From a virus (lineage: Duplodnaviria > Caudoviricetes), in IMG/VR virus record IMGVR_UViG_2731957960_000004, positions 822-64,821 of that record: a stretch of 64,000 nucleotides of DNA; one strand, 5' to 3'. How positions within the stretch are numbered: the stretch's first letter is position 1; every line of letters starts with the position of its first letter. Made by a program: the position numbers and the translations under genes. Below the pieces are notes generated by a model. It ran no database searches and had not been told where the DNA came from. It worked only from the letters and a program-made list of their open reading frames with translations. Positions 55,297-64,000 of this stretch are shown piece by piece.

Positions 55297-55443
55297 TCAC
55301 GAGATCACCGGGTATTCGAAGGCAACGCCTTCCGGATCGTTCTCCTCAAACCACTTTTCTGCGGCATCTGCATTGGCGAACACTTTGATGTGCTCGGCAT
55401 CGCCGACCTGTTTGCTTGTGTTAACGTAGACAAAAACGGTCAT
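55297..55443 (-). CDS. Small hypothetical protein
   Basis: MTVFVYVNTSKQVGDAEHIKVFANADAAEKWFEENDPEGVAFEYPVIS; ATGA overlap. Confidence 0.6.
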   Translation of the reverse strand: MTVFVYVNTSKQVGDAEHIKVFANADAAEKWFEENDPEGVAFEYPVIS

Positions 55444-55730
55444 TGGTCTCTCTTCAGCTTGCGCTTGCCCCAGTGATGACCCTTGCGATCGGGATTAAAG
55501 ACCCGTTCGACATGACGATTCAACGCGCGCATGACGCCGATCCGGGCCAACATCGTCGGGCCGCCGGTCTCTGCAACCAGGATCAGCGCCTCCATGGCGG
55601 CCTGCCATTCCGGCGCGGAGTGCTCAGCCTTCGGCAGCTTCGTGATGTAGCTGGCGGCATCCCTCAAGGTGAGGAGCCACCGGCCATTCGGAAGCAGTAT
55701 TGGGTCCTCAAACGAGGTGGACCAGGGCAA
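55440..55730 (-). CDS. Hypothetical protein
   Basis: FEDPILLPNG..L.TLRDAA.YI..LP motif; start uncertain. Confidence 0.6.
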   Translation of the reverse strand: MPWSTSFEDPILLPNGRWLLTLRDAASYITKLPKAEHSAPEWQAAMEALILVAETGGPTMLARIGVMRALNRHVERVFNPDRKGHHWGKRKLKRDQ

Positions 55731-55801
55731 TAAAATCTACTCGGGGCAATGATCTTGGGTGTTCCGCCCCAGCACACCCTATTCCTAGCGGCTTGTCACT
55801 A

Positions 55802-55816
55802 GTTCACGTTTTGTTC
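55802..55816. promoter_or_regulatory. LexA (SOS) box, alphaproteobacterial type
   Basis: GTTC-ACGTTTT-GTTC just after TTGTCA, in a divergent intergenic gap. Confidence 0.75.
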
Positions 55817-55945
55817 TATTATCCGCTATCGTGAAAAATGACCGCGAAATCGAGATCCTGTTCAGGCGGCTTCGGCTGTACGACCGGCTTGAGCGCCGCG
55901 CAGAAGGCCTTATCCGAACAATCCAGCGAGAATTGAAGGAGCGCT

Positions 55946-56176
55946 ATGGGCCTAGATCACGTTCGTTCCGAAATCGAGCACATGCGCGTCCAAGTCGGCC
56001 GGCAGCGTAAGGAAATCTTGCAGCTTCAGCGCGCCGGCATCTCGACTGCGGCGGCTGAGCTTATGCTGCAGAGGATGCTGGCTAAGATAGAGGGCCTTTG
56101 TGATGAGCGGGACCGGCTCAAGAAAGAGCAGGGCGGTCCGACGAAAGGGCGTGTGCTTGGCGGCCGGAGTTGGTGA
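55946..56176 (+). CDS. Hypothetical protein downstream of LexA box
   Basis: AAGGAG SD; helical 76 aa. Confidence 0.6.
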   Translation: MGLDHVRSEIEHMRVQVGRQRKEILQLQRAGISTAAAELMLQRMLAKIEGLCDERDRLKKEQGGPTKGRVLGGRSW

Positions 56177-56418
56177 TGGCAGAGCCGTTGAAGTGGTTCG
56201 ACGAGAAGGCGGCGGACAATTCGCCTTGGATTAAGGCGCTAGCCGAAGTGCGCCAGCGGGCCCCTCGTGAGGGCTACTGCTACCAGCACGTCCAAGCCAT
56301 CATTGTTGCGATTGATCAGTATGCGGAGAAGGCGCTGGGCAATCGGAGCTATTTCCTGAACAAGCCTTACAGCATCGGCGGATCGACAAAAGGTAACGAC
56401 GTCCCGCGAATCGAATGA
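56170..56418 (+). CDS. Hypothetical protein
   Basis: Overlaps upstream gene. Confidence 0.55.
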   Translation: MVMAEPLKWFDEKAADNSPWIKALAEVRQRAPREGYCYQHVQAIIVAIDQYAEKALGNRSYFLNKPYSIGGSTKGNDVPRIE

Positions 56419-56587
56419 AGACGCTAGGCCTTGTCGTACGGAGACAGCCTCAATTTATTGTTGGGTGGTTACACCATTCCATGCGAGGCAGCCGAGCGAT
56501 GTGAGGGCTAGGCTAGACATACCAGAGAAGGGCGAGGCGCTGGCCGTCGGACGCTTTCACAAAGCAGAAATACCGGTAGACAGGTCG

Positions 56588-59500
56588 TCAGGCTGACTTT
56601 GCTTTGCGCCGCTTTGGTTTGGGGTCGCGGTCCAAGCGCTCGCGTGCGATGTCTGCGCGCTTGTTATCGATGAGTCGCGTCGTTGTTCGCATCATCTCAA
56701 CAATACTTACCGTTTTCACGCTGACAGTTACCACGCGCTTTAGCAAGTCAATGACCTCTTCCTTGTAGTCGGCGAATCGGTAGGTGTTGAACTTTTCGCG
56801 GACAACCTCGTTGTCGGGCATCGTTTCTTTACGCTGGCCAAGCACCCAGTCGATGGCGGGACGGTTGGCCAATGTGTATTCCCATGCCGCCGCCGGTACG
56901 CCGGAAAGCTTTGTCTCCGCATCCAATACGATAGTCCCGCTATCTCGGTCCGACTTCAGGATCACGCGCGGATTCTGGCCACTGGCGCTGACTTTCTCGT
57001 CTGGTGTGTCGGTGCGCACCACCGGGAATGGCTCGGCAGCCTCATAATCAAGATGAAGCTTGAGTAGATCCTTGCCCCAATCGCGCCAACGCTTGAAGTC
57101 AGGATAAAAGGGGATACGAGGGAACTCGCGCTTGAGGTTCAGCGCATAGGTCTCGCGATAGATCGGGTCGTGCAGCACGCCGTAGACGTAGGCGAAGATA
57201 TCGTCCTTGGTGATAGCTGCTTTGTCGCCGTAATGAGCGGTGAACTGTTCCAGCGCCCAATCGGTGATGTTGTCGACGCGTCCTCCTTCCTTTGACAAGC
57301 GCCATCGTGAAATGCCTTGGGTGCTGCCGTTACCCTTCTTCAATAGGCAGGTATCAAATTGCCCCTTGGTGGCCAATGCAGCAAGAGGATTCGATGACGC
57401 GATAGATAAGAATGTGATTGTCGGGTTCTCAGTGGTGTAGTCATACATTTCATGCAGGCGGAAACTTTGGCTATTCAAGTCGCGGTCAAAATAGACGAAT
57501 TTCCCCGTAAATGGGCGATATGTTGAGGCGACGATCTTCCGCTTGTCGAACGCTATCTTGACTTTCCTCTTGAGACGCCCGGTTATCTCACGGTCCCACT
57601 TGATTTCGTTGAGGTGTACAGCCTCCGGATCTGAGCGGGCCTTCTCGTAGCCTGCAACAAGCGCCTTGATTTTCTTGATGAGCGCATCGAAGTCGAAGTC
57701 GTAGACCCAGTCATCGCGTTTGGTTTGAAGCCCATTTGACACCAAGCGGACTATCGCTCGATCTTGCGACGCGCTCTTGGCGGACTTGTTCGCTGCATCA
57801 ACCAGCGGAATGAACTCATCCCAATTGTTCTCAGCCTGGTCGAGCCAGTCGTTCTTTCGATCTGGAACGATCGTCTGGAATGTCAGAGTTTTTATGGAGT
57901 GGCTGGAAAGGAAGGAAAGCTTCTCTTCAGCGGTCTCCATTTCTGGGCGGCGTACGTAGCGAATGACGGCACCGGCCTTGTTTTTCTTCTTCACCAGAAA
58001 CGTGATTGCGACGCCCGTCTGGATGCCGAAGACATTATGCTTAGTGCCGGAAAGCCGAGGATTTTCGCGAACATCACCACCAAGATCGACAACCCAAACT
58101 TCCGCGAAGTCGCGCGCCACGACTTTACGAAAGCCATCGTATGCCGCCTTAGTAAACGGCTTCCGGCCAGTGATAAAAGTGATCACGCCGTCATCCGCCA
58201 CCCTGTCTGAGGCCCACCGGATGAATCGAGTATACATGTCATAGACACTGCTCTGGTTCTGAGCCGTTCCTTCTTTGACGTAGGTTGCAGCGATCCGCTC
58301 ATCGATGCGCGCGTAAAGCCGGTTAGCGTTGCGCTGATTGAAGTTCTCCTGCCACGCGTTGTATGGCGGATTACCGATGACAACGCTTATTTTGCGACCA
58401 TTCTGGCGCTTGATGCGTTGAACATTCTCGGTGCTGATACCGCCAAGCAGGTCGCCGTAATGCTGGCCCATAAGGACCCTAAGCGCTTCGGTGTTGTCTA
58501 ATGTGTCGACGAAGCAAAGGTTAGGGAAGTCCGCATATTGCCCAGTGATCGCCGCGTAGGTCGCCTCGATGTTTAGGTTCGCGACGTAGTAAGGCAGGAT
58601 GGCTACTTCGTTGGCATGCAGTTCGTTCTGGTATTTGTATTTCAGCGCGTCGGTCCGCCCGCGGAAATGCTCCAACAATTCTACTATGAACGTTCCCGTC
58701 CCCGTGGCTGGGTCAAGGATTTCAACGTCCTTATCGATTAGGTTCTTTCCGAAGTGCTTCTCGCAGAGCCAGTCTGCGCTATCTACCATGAAGCGCACGA
58801 TTTCGTTGGGCGTGTAGACTACACCCAACCGGTCAGCGGCCTTTGCATTATATACTTTGTAGAAATTCTCGTAGATCGCCTTGAGGAATCCCTGCTTCTC
58901 CGAATGGCTCTGGATCAATGCAGCAGTGGAGCGAATAGCGGCGTAATAGGGCTCCAGCGCGTGCAGCGTCTGTTGTTTGATTTCGCCACGAAAAAATAGT
59001 TGTTCCAGGGTATAGAGCGCCTTGGCGACGTTGTTCTCCCGGTGGAAGTCGCTCTCGCCGAAGACGCGGGCAAAAATGTCCTCGGTCAGGATGTGCTGAA
59101 TTAGCATCTCGCGCACGTCGGCGTCAGTGACGGCGGGATTGATTGTCGCCTGGGCTTGCTTAAGGAAAGCTCGCGCAGCCGTGGCGAAGGCTTTGTTTCC
59201 GGCGTAGGCTTCGTCGATGCGCTCGCGCAGTGCCTTCAGCACAGCGGGCAGGTCGAACTTGAACTGCTCGATGGCTTTGCGGAAGTCGGCGATCTCTGGC
59301 CGCTGGTAGCCAAAGAACAGCTCGAGCAGTTTGTTTAGGTTTTCAACATCGTCGACGCCGCAGCGCATCACTTCCTGACCGTGCTGGATCAGGATCGCAC
59401 GGGTGGAATCCTCGAAGATGATGTTGGTCTGCGGATAGCCCCGCCGGAATTTTTTGGCGATTTCCTCGTCGAGATCGTCATTCGTATCTTTCGCTTCCCA

Positions 59501-59731
59501 GTAGCCGAACGGCACGCGCAGGCCGTGCAGCAAAGCGCCATCGATGTAACGGCGCTCCTTGGTGGGCGTGATGTACTCATGTTCGGGGATGAACTGCAGT
59601 TCGCGGGAGCGGCCCCAAGCTTTGAGCAGGTCCTTAAAAGCCTCGCGCACCACTGATTCGCGATTCACGCCAGATACCCGCCGAAGGCGATCGAGATCGC
59701 CGAGATACTGGTTAATCAAGTGTTGACTCAT
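56588..59731 (-). CDS. Single-chain restriction-modification enzyme (Type IIG/IIL-like, ISP-type specificity domain, no helicase)
   Basis: N-terminal IDG...WEAKD nuclease motif; VVYTP, LDPATGTG, GNPPY; YRPF and FPRIP in C-terminal part. Confidence 0.85.
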   Translation of the reverse strand: MSQHLINQYLGDLDRLRRVSGVNRESVVREAFKDLLKAWGRSRELQFIPEHEYITPTKERRYIDGALLHGLRVPFGYWEAKDTNDDLDEEIAKKFRRGYPQTNIIFEDSTRAILIQHGQEVMRCGVDDVENLNKLLELFFGYQRPEIADFRKAIEQFKFDLPAVLKALRERIDEAYAGNKAFATAARAFLKQAQATINPAVTDADVREMLIQHILTEDIFARVFGESDFHRENNVAKALYTLEQLFFRGEIKQQTLHALEPYYAAIRSTAALIQSHSEKQGFLKAIYENFYKVYNAKAADRLGVVYTPNEIVRFMVDSADWLCEKHFGKNLIDKDVEILDPATGTGTFIVELLEHFRGRTDALKYKYQNELHANEVAILPYYVANLNIEATYAAITGQYADFPNLCFVDTLDNTEALRVLMGQHYGDLLGGISTENVQRIKRQNGRKISVVIGNPPYNAWQENFNQRNANRLYARIDERIAATYVKEGTAQNQSSVYDMYTRFIRWASDRVADDGVITFITGRKPFTKAAYDGFRKVVARDFAEVWVVDLGGDVRENPRLSGTKHNVFGIQTGVAITFLVKKKNKAGAVIRYVRRPEMETAEEKLSFLSSHSIKTLTFQTIVPDRKNDWLDQAENNWDEFIPLVDAANKSAKSASQDRAIVRLVSNGLQTKRDDWVYDFDFDALIKKIKALVAGYEKARSDPEAVHLNEIKWDREITGRLKRKVKIAFDKRKIVASTYRPFTGKFVYFDRDLNSQSFRLHEMYDYTTENPTITFLSIASSNPLAALATKGQFDTCLLKKGNGSTQGISRWRLSKEGGRVDNITDWALEQFTAHYGDKAAITKDDIFAYVYGVLHDPIYRETYALNLKREFPRIPFYPDFKRWRDWGKDLLKLHLDYEAAEPFPVVRTDTPDEKVSASGQNPRVILKSDRDSGTIVLDAETKLSGVPAAAWEYTLANRPAIDWVLGQRKETMPDNEVVREKFNTYRFADYKEEVIDLLKRVVTVSVKTVSIVEMMRTTTRLIDNKRADIARERLDRDPKPKRRKAKSA

Positions 59732-59946
59732 CCGCCCCCCGGAGGCTGCATACGGGCCCGCCCGCGCGCCCTGCGCGGCTCACAATAGAGCCCGTACAGA
59801 CTAAGCGCTAGTCAGGCGAAATGGTCGTCCACTGGCCACCTTCCTCAAACCGGGCTTCTCAGCTCGCTGGCTCTCTCGCTAGTAGCTCCGGACCTCTTTG
59901 CTAAATGCGGCGCTCGATCTGACGCGGATACTGCTCGTAGTCCTTG

Positions 59947-60699
59947 TCAAGCTGCATTGGCTATCCTTTCGATCACCTCGCTAGCGCGAGAGAAGGGGAC
60001 GGCAACCGCTCCCACTTGAAGAAGGTTCAAATCCGCAGCCGACCAATCGTCCTCATCGTCATACACGATGCGTTGAATCAGGTTGGGGTTTCCGATTGCC
60101 TTTACGTCAAGGTTGGCAACAACACGCGCGTTAATAGACGAGGAGTCATTCGAAACAGGATCAATTATTAGTTTCCGTTCGCCTTGCAAGCTGACAACAT
60201 TTGCAAACTTGTGGCGCTTATTGCTGTTCCCGATAACAAACTCGCCATGAGCTACGCGATCGTCAAAGCGCTTCGAGAGAAAATCAGCCAAAAGCATTCG
60301 AAAATCACGCGACCGCTTGACCTTCCCGTGGTCGAACATCCAGCGAGCGACCTCTTGAGAGGCGTTGGCTACATGCAACACCGCAAGCGGGGCTGCTTCA
60401 ATTGGCATTCTCGGCGTGTAGATCACGCTATCCCGAATCAGAAGACCTTGTTCTCGGACGAGGTGGCCAAGGGTCCGATCATAATTCCTGACTTCAATGC
60501 CGGCTGCCAATGCCTCACCCAATGCGCCCCCCTCATCGGAGGCAACAATCGTTTCGGCACCGCCGCGCACTGTAACGCGGACCAGTCCGTTCGACGGGTA
60601 CATGCAGTGGGTTGTCACGACGATCCCATCTTCCGTAGGCTCGCAGTGAGCGAGTTGCGAAAGCCCCGTGCATGTCAAAGTCATAAGGTTCGGAGTCAT
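59947..60699 (-). CDS. DUF1828-like protein
   Basis: VVTTHCMYPSNGLVRVTV...SDEG, then C-terminal GNSNKRHKF nuclease-like part. Confidence 0.55.
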   Translation of the reverse strand: MTPNLMTLTCTGLSQLAHCEPTEDGIVVTTHCMYPSNGLVRVTVRGGAETIVASDEGGALGEALAAGIEVRNYDRTLGHLVREQGLLIRDSVIYTPRMPIEAAPLAVLHVANASQEVARWMFDHGKVKRSRDFRMLLADFLSKRFDDRVAHGEFVIGNSNKRHKFANVVSLQGERKLIIDPVSNDSSSINARVVANLDVKAIGNPNLIQRIVYDDEDDWSAADLNLLQVGAVAVPFSRASEVIERIANAA

Positions 60700-61214
60700 A
60701 GCAGCAACCCTGGTCCGGGCAGTCCGATCAAATGGCTCCCGGGGAGAGAATCTATATTCGTATCAGTACAAAACCAACGGAGAACTGCATCAAACGTTCG
60801 GCCCGGCTCCATGTATGGCAAGGCATCGTGAAGCTTTGGTGGTTTGGTGGCCCCACGAAAAAATCGTTGGTTAATGGGCCATGAATGATAATGGGGGCCG
60901 ACGACGATCATCGGAACGAACCCATTGGTATAGCCGTCAATCGAATTTGGATGGGTCTCGTCGGTATAGTCGAGACGACAAATCGGCCCGTCCAGCACGA
61001 TTTGAAGGCGAAATTTGATGTCCTTGGCGTGTGGGAACCCAACAATCCACAGTTGCCCCATGAGTTCGCCGCCAACCTCTAGAGGGTATTTCATGACGAC
61101 TTCGCGGGGATTGAAGCCCAGCGCCCAAGTCGGAGCCGAGTCATAACCCAGAATGCGCTTGCGAGCGGCCGCATAGGCCGTGATCGCAGCGACCATGTCC
61201 CCCCGTGTCGCCAT
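60696..61214 (-). CDS. Hypothetical protein coupled to the DUF1828-like gene
   Basis: ICRLD...HPN...GPHYHSW...FC...NI His motif pattern. Confidence 0.55.
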   Translation of the reverse strand: MATRGDMVAAITAYAAARKRILGYDSAPTWALGFNPREVVMKYPLEVGGELMGQLWIVGFPHAKDIKFRLQIVLDGPICRLDYTDETHPNSIDGYTNGFVPMIVVGPHYHSWPINQRFFRGATKPPKLHDALPYMEPGRTFDAVLRWFCTDTNIDSLPGSHLIGLPGPGLLL

Positions 61215-61450
61215 GCCGCTGGAGGTTGTTCTATCCGGAACGAGTCCGCAATGCCCCTTTCAAGAAATAGGGCGATATTCTGGCGGCGGGGGGCCAGTCA
61301 GCGTTGGAACAAGCGTGGTGGCGGCTTTGTTCCTTCATTCTATCTGAAGCTGCGGTTGGCTGGCTGGCTATCGGCTGGCGGGCTAGGCGATTTTGAACTA
61401 ACGGAATCGCCTTAGCAGCAACGACAAAACGACGAACGCAGTGCACAAAC

Positions 61451-61483
61451 TGTGATACAAAATGGGATACAAATTGTGATACA
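61451..61483. repeat. Integrase arm-type direct repeats
   Basis: TG(T/G)GATACA at 61451, 61463 and 61475 (12-bp period). Confidence 0.7.
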
Positions 61484-61542
61484 CGGCGCGGTCAAAAAGC
61501 GTAAAAACACAATGAAATCAACGGTGTGATGTGTAAATTGGT

Positions 61543-61559
61543 TCTCTCCGAGCGCACCA
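61543..61559 (+). other. attR core, duplicated 3' end of a tRNA (probably tRNA-Arg)
   Basis: TCTCTCCGAGCGCACCA = T-stem 3' half, acceptor strand complementary to GCGCTCG, and CCA; no 5' tRNA half here. Confidence 0.7.
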
Positions 61560-61636
61560 CCTTAAAAATCAGCCTTGTTTTGTTGGGTTTCGGCTCCGCG
61601 GCCCGCGTCCTGTCACGGGGGCAAGGGGCAAACCCG

Positions 61637-62500
61637 TCACGGCTCGGCCGGGCTCGATCGAGGTTTGAGCGGGATTTGGAACGTCTTGTATCGCGCGATC
61701 TCAGGAAAGCCATCCGCGGCTCTGGTGGAGACTAACCCGACGACCGCGGCCGGAACTTCTTTGCCGACCAGCCGGCTGATCGCCGTGGTTTGACCTTTGC
61801 TCAGTTGGACGTCGGGCGCACCCGCTGCCGCCATCGCGGTCCTGACGCGGCTGATCGACGACTCGGAGTATCTATCGTCGATCGCAATCGTCTTACCAGT
61901 CAGGTCGGAGACCGACTTGACGTTGGGACCTGCCACGAGGACGGCCACGAGCGCGTCCAGCGATGCATCCAATGTCGGGACCGACATTCGCTCCGCGACG
62001 GCAGATGCGGCCGCCACCTGCTCCTCTGTCGTTCGGGTCGGCGGAACGTCAGTCGTTGGATGGGTATCGGTGGCGCTTGCTGGAGGCGCTTGGGAAGCAA
62101 CGGCATTGCCCGTCGTCTGCTGGTTCGCTTGCGGAGAAGGAACCGGAACGGGAATGGCAGCTTTCGCCGCTACCTTGATTGGCTTGCGTGTTCGACGGAC
62201 CGCGTGGTCCGCGTGAGATCGGGGCGGCCTGTCACCGCACAAGGCGACGGCGGACACGGGTTTCGTTGCGGCAGAATCGCTCTCATACGACTCAGGTTCG
62301 ATCGGCACATGAACCGCGGTCAGACAGGCTAACGGGTTCAGGCCAACGCAGGATGGCTGTGTTGGTGGTTGGCTGCTGCAACCGACCAAGGCGACAGCCA
62401 GCGCGCAAATAAGGAGCGTCCTCAATCGATCCTCCTGAAGAGGTTGAGTGCTGCCCGCAATTCTTGCGGCTTGAAGGAGTTTGCGCTGATCCTCAATCAA
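61637..62500 (-). CDS. Host putative lipoprotein with periplasmic-binding-like C-terminus
   Basis: LICALAVALVGC lipobox; VKSVSDLTGKTIAID; true start probably near 62420. Confidence 0.6.
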   Translation of the reverse strand: MIEDQRKLLQAARIAGSTQPLQEDRLRTLLICALAVALVGCSSQPPTQPSCVGLNPLACLTAVHVPIEPESYESDSAATKPVSAVALCGDRPPRSHADHAVRRTRKPIKVAAKAAIPVPVPSPQANQQTTGNAVASQAPPASATDTHPTTDVPPTRTTEEQVAAASAVAERMSVPTLDASLDALVAVLVAGPNVKSVSDLTGKTIAIDDRYSESSISRVRTAMAAAGAPDVQLSKGQTTAISRLVGKEVPAAVVGLVSTRAADGFPEIARYKTFQIPLKPRSSPAEP

Positions 62501-62513
62501 TGATGCAAAACGG

Positions 62514-62528
62514 TTAAATGCGCATTAA
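62514..62528. promoter_or_regulatory. CtrA binding site (host)
   Basis: TTAA-ATGCGCA-TTAA, a perfect TTAA-N7-TTAA in a divergent intergenic region. Confidence 0.65.
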
Positions 62529-62736
62529 GCGTAGGCCACGCGCAGCTTGATGCGCCGGCATGGTTAATGCCTGAGCCAGTGCCGCTTCGGATGAACAGAA
62601 GCGACCCGGCACTTTCCCACGGTGCTTGCATTCACACGTCTGCCTTTTCGTTGCTTTCTTCCATACGGGATTTCGCCACGAATCGGTCGCCATGCTCATG
62701 CGCTGGGGTTTTTCATCGAATGATGGAGAATGACCG

Positions 62737-63162
62737 ATGGCGAGTATCGAACGACTTCACAAAACTGCGCCGCTGGATTTAGCCAAGCTTGAGGAAGATG
62801 TCGTAGGGAGCCTTCCTGCAATCAGGGCGGCTCCATCGGGGCCGATGCCGGACTACGTCGAGCATGAAGAGGGCGTCACCCGCGTCGGTGCGCTCACAGC
62901 CGAAGCTGTAGTGCGTGACTATGAAGCCGCCGCCAAGGAAATCGAAGCCATGGGAGCAGAGCTGATCAGCGCAGCGAACAAATGCGAGGCAATGACCGCC
63001 GAAGTGCATAATGCCATTGCCTTCATGCGCGACACCGCAGCGTCCTATCGTGAAGAAGCCAAGAAGATTTTCAAGCGCATCGAGGAATGCTCGATCTTTA
63101 CCGAGCACGTGCGGAAGACCTGCGAGACCGTCAAACTGAAGATGATTGAAGGCAAAGTGTAG
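62737..63162 (+). CDS. Host hypothetical coiled-coil protein
   Basis: GGAG SD, 141 aa. Confidence 0.65.
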   Translation: MASIERLHKTAPLDLAKLEEDVVGSLPAIRAAPSGPMPDYVEHEEGVTRVGALTAEAVVRDYEAAAKEIEAMGAELISAANKCEAMTAEVHNAIAFMRDTAASYREEAKKIFKRIEECSIFTEHVRKTCETVKLKMIEGKV

Positions 63163-63691
63163 CATTGTAAGGGACATCGATCAGGTTTGCCGTCCCGACG
63201 GGAGGCAATGCTTTTCTAGTAGTGTGTGTGAATTGCGGCACACGCTGGTGCCGTGAATCAGCTTATTTTGTACTCCTCCCTAGACTCGAACCCGTCGCGA
63301 ATGACGGGTTCTCTTTGTACTAGCCGACGTGCCAGCAGCGGCACTGCGGTTGCCGCACGCAGTTGCTCGGAGAGGTCTTAATGCCTTCCAGCCGGCAGCT
63401 CCATTCTGGCTAGGACGTATTCACTTAACTAGCCCACGTGCCGTCTCACGCATTCCGTCCAGCGTGCACGAGCGACACCGAGCACGTTCGATCGGCAGCC
63501 ACTCTGGCGGAACCAGAGTGCCGGCCCATCTGCGTTGCGCCACGCGATCATTGCTGTCGCGCAGGCTCCGCGCGAGGAAAGGTTCCTATCGCGCGCCATA
63601 GAGCCGCTCGCGCATTTGGCCGCAGTAAAAATTGGAACGAAAGCAGCGTCTGCAAATTTCCGGGGCTTCGACAGCTACCAAGGAGACGATC

Positions 63692-64000
63692 ATGAAGGTA
63701 TTAGCGATCACAGTAGCATTGTTCTTTGCGCTCGGCTCAACGTTGGCTCTCGCTCAAGGTGGCGGAGGCGGGGGAGCCGGAGGAGCCGGCGGCGCTGGTG
63801 CAGGCGCAGGTGCGGGCACCGGTGGCGCCGCGGGTGCCGGCGGTGCGGCAGGGACTGGGGGAGCGGCAGGCGCGGGCACGGGCGGAGCCGACGCGGGTGG
63901 AGCGGGCACAAGCGGAGCGGCTGGTGGCACTTCCGGTAGCGCCGCCGGCGGCGGCCCTAATACGCCGGACGAAGAAACGAAGCGAAAGACGAAGAGGTAA
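63692..64000 (+). CDS. Host secreted Gly/Ala-rich protein
   Basis: AAGGAG SD, signal peptide MKVLAITVALFFALGSTLALA, Gly-rich body. Confidence 0.7.
   Translation: MKVLAITVALFFALGSTLALAQGGGGGGAGGAGGAGAGAGAGTGGAAGAGGAAGTGGAAGAGTGGADAGGAGTSGAAGGTSGSAAGGGPNTPDEETKRKTKR

Larger units (their letters stand above)
1..61559. mobile_element. Prophage with lambda-like head and P2-like contractile tail; left end and attL lie outside the window
   Basis: Integrase, repressor, replication, terminase, capsid, tail and lysis modules in order; right end marked by a tRNA 3'-end fragment preceded by arm-type repeats. Confidence 0.93.

Noticed and set aside
61543-61559. Complete tRNA gene
   Set aside because: Only the 3' 17 nt are present; no D or anticodon arms upstream
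63634-63660. EcfG-type promoter (GGAAC)
   Set aside because: No properly spaced CGTT -10 element
63765-63960. GGC-rich tandem repeat as a non-coding element
   Set aside because: Explained by Gly/Ala codons of a secreted host protein

Overview
About 61.5 kb of this window is one near-complete temperate prophage in an alphaproteobacterial host, probably Bradyrhizobium-like (inferred from GC content, a LexA GTTC-N7-GTTC box, a CtrA box and the flanking genes). It runs from the 3' part of a tyrosine integrase at the left edge to a duplicated tRNA-Arg 3' end (attR, ~61543-61559), followed by ~2.4 kb of host DNA. Module order: leftward early operon (C5 methyltransferase, beta clamp); CI-like repressor; rightward recombination/replication operon (CtrA-like wHTH, Sak4-like ATPase, SSB, Cas4-like nuclease, GcrA-like protein, MT-A70 methyltransferase, helicase, primase-polymerase); second leftward operon; putative origin; a compositionally odd 4.3 kb block of small leftward genes next to a lambda-like cos; lambda-type head genes; P2-type contractile tail; lysis genes; morons including a single-chain R-M enzyme. 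Most notable observations: (1) the block predicted to enter the cell first is packed with GANTC (CcrM/GcrA) sites; (2) in the core phage, CTCGAG and GTCGAC were found only where a GANTC site overlaps them; (3) the C5 methyltransferase is split over two almost fully overlapping same-strand frames, one ending in a clamp-binding motif; (4) the phage carries CtrA- and GcrA-like proteins and an ssrA-like degron. All counts were made by eye, and product calls come from motif recognition, not database searches.
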